Shown here piece after piece: positions 63,300-64,000 of a DNA stretch of 64,000 bases. Both the position numbers and the translations under genes were made by a program. The stretch comes from Turneriella sp. (GTDB lineage Bacteria > Spirochaetota > Leptospiria > Turneriellales > Turneriellaceae). Positions within the stretch are counted from its first letter, which is position 1; each line of letters starts with the position of its first letter. Location of the stretch: contig CBDIID010000003.1 of assembly GCA_965279515.1 (NCBI GenBank), forward strand, positions 2,432,001 through 2,496,000. Direction: 5' to 3'. The notes beneath the pieces are model-generated. The model did not search any database, was not told where the DNA came from, and saw only the letters and a list, made by a program, of their open reading frames with translations.

Positions 63300-64000
63300 A
63301 TGAAAAGAATCGCCACTCTCGCTGCCCTGACGCTCGCCCTTGCCTGCAAGGAGCCGCCGAAAAAGCCGGCGGCGACGCATGCCGCCGCGGTGGTGTTTGT
63401 TGTCGGTAACGATGCAAAAATTGTCACGGCAAAGGGTCAGGTCGCTGCCGTAAAAGGCGCGATCTTACAGCAGGGCGATAGTATTCAGACGGGCCCGAAA
63501 TCGCAGGTGGATTTACTCCTGCCTGGCAAGATTCTGATCCGTATTGACCAGCACACGACGGTGGCGATGCGCGAATTCGCCGCAGCGGATGGCAGCCAGA
63601 GCGACAAACTCTATCTGCAGCGCGGCTTAATTTTCGCGAAGGTCACGAAACTCGGGGCGCATTCGTCTTTTGCTATCCAGACACCGACCATCGTCGCGGG
63701 TGTACGCGGCACGGAATTCATGACGACGAGCGACGAGAAGGGCGCGGGCAAGGTTGCCGTCACCGAAGGCACAGTCGCCGTTAAGTCAGATAAGGGTGAA
63801 GAGAAGGCCATCGACGCCGGCGAACAAGCCAATGTCAGCGATTCGGGCGGCGTGGCCGAGACCAAACTCGACGATGCGACCGCAGCGCAGATGAAACAAC
63901 TCTCGACTGTGGCCAATATCAGCGCGCAGCAGGTACAGATTTTTGAAGATGCACTGAAGCAGCAGAAAGAGGCGCTTGAAAAAGCCGGTGGCACCGACAA
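63300..64000 (+). CDS. FecR-domain lipoprotein (LipL45-like), 3'-truncated by window edge
   Basis: Not in the ORF track because there is no stop. ATG at 63300 gives MKRIATLAALTLALAC..., GDSIQTG, IQTPTIVAGVRGTEF and VAVTEGTVAV FecR motifs. Confidence 0.85.
   Translation, partial: MKRIATLAALTLALACKEPPKKPAATHAAAVVFVVGNDAKIVTAKGQVAAVKGAILQQGDSIQTGPKSQVDLLLPGKILIRIDQHTTVAMREFAAADGSQSDKLYLQRGLIFAKVTKLGAHSSFAIQTPTIVAGVRGTEFMTTSDEKGAGKVAVTEGTVAVKSDKGEEKAIDAGEQANVSDSGGVAETKLDDATAAQMKQLSTVANISAQQVQIFEDALKQQKEALEKAGGTD

Noticed and set aside
1..64000. CRISPR array, rRNA, IS transposase
   Set aside because: No regularly spaced repeats, rRNA-like sequence or transposase motifs noticed by eye.

Overview
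Bacterial chromosome segment, most likely from a Leptospiraceae spirochete such as Turneriella (inferred from many spirochete-type lipoproteins, a LipL45/FecR-type gene and a spirochete-like FlhA paralog; not verified by search). The flanks are GC-rich housekeeping or ordinary accessory genes: MarC, glucose/sorbosone dehydrogenase, ispG, malic enzyme and a hybrid kinase on the left; ECF sigma factor, desaturase, lipase, MgtA-type ATPase and ilvB with a Val-rich leader peptide on the right. Between them is a ~38.7 kb genomic island inserted at the 3' end of tRNA-Arg(CCG), bounded by the 15-bp direct repeat CCTGCCGAGGGCACA (12919-12933 and 51597-51611), with no integrase visible. The island encodes what looks like a dedicated export and delivery system for a giant polymorphic toxin. 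The 4790-aa protein has a Sec-type signal, long coiled coils, a hydrophobic translocation-like segment and a C-terminal papain/C39-like Cys-His-Asp domain, and an overlapping SH3b-domain gene is its candidate immunity gene. The island also carries two SurA-N-like chaperones, a tightly coupled RDD/TPR/TolC/long-MFP/2x Ig-like lipoprotein/2x atypical RND operon, and a degenerate stand-alone FlhA paralog. Sigma-28-like promoters precede three of the leftward transcription units. Downstream of the immunity gene are two integron attC-like hairpins delimiting cassette-like genes, then two DUF3024-like genes and a decayed third copy. All family assignments come from motif recognition by eye; no database search was run.
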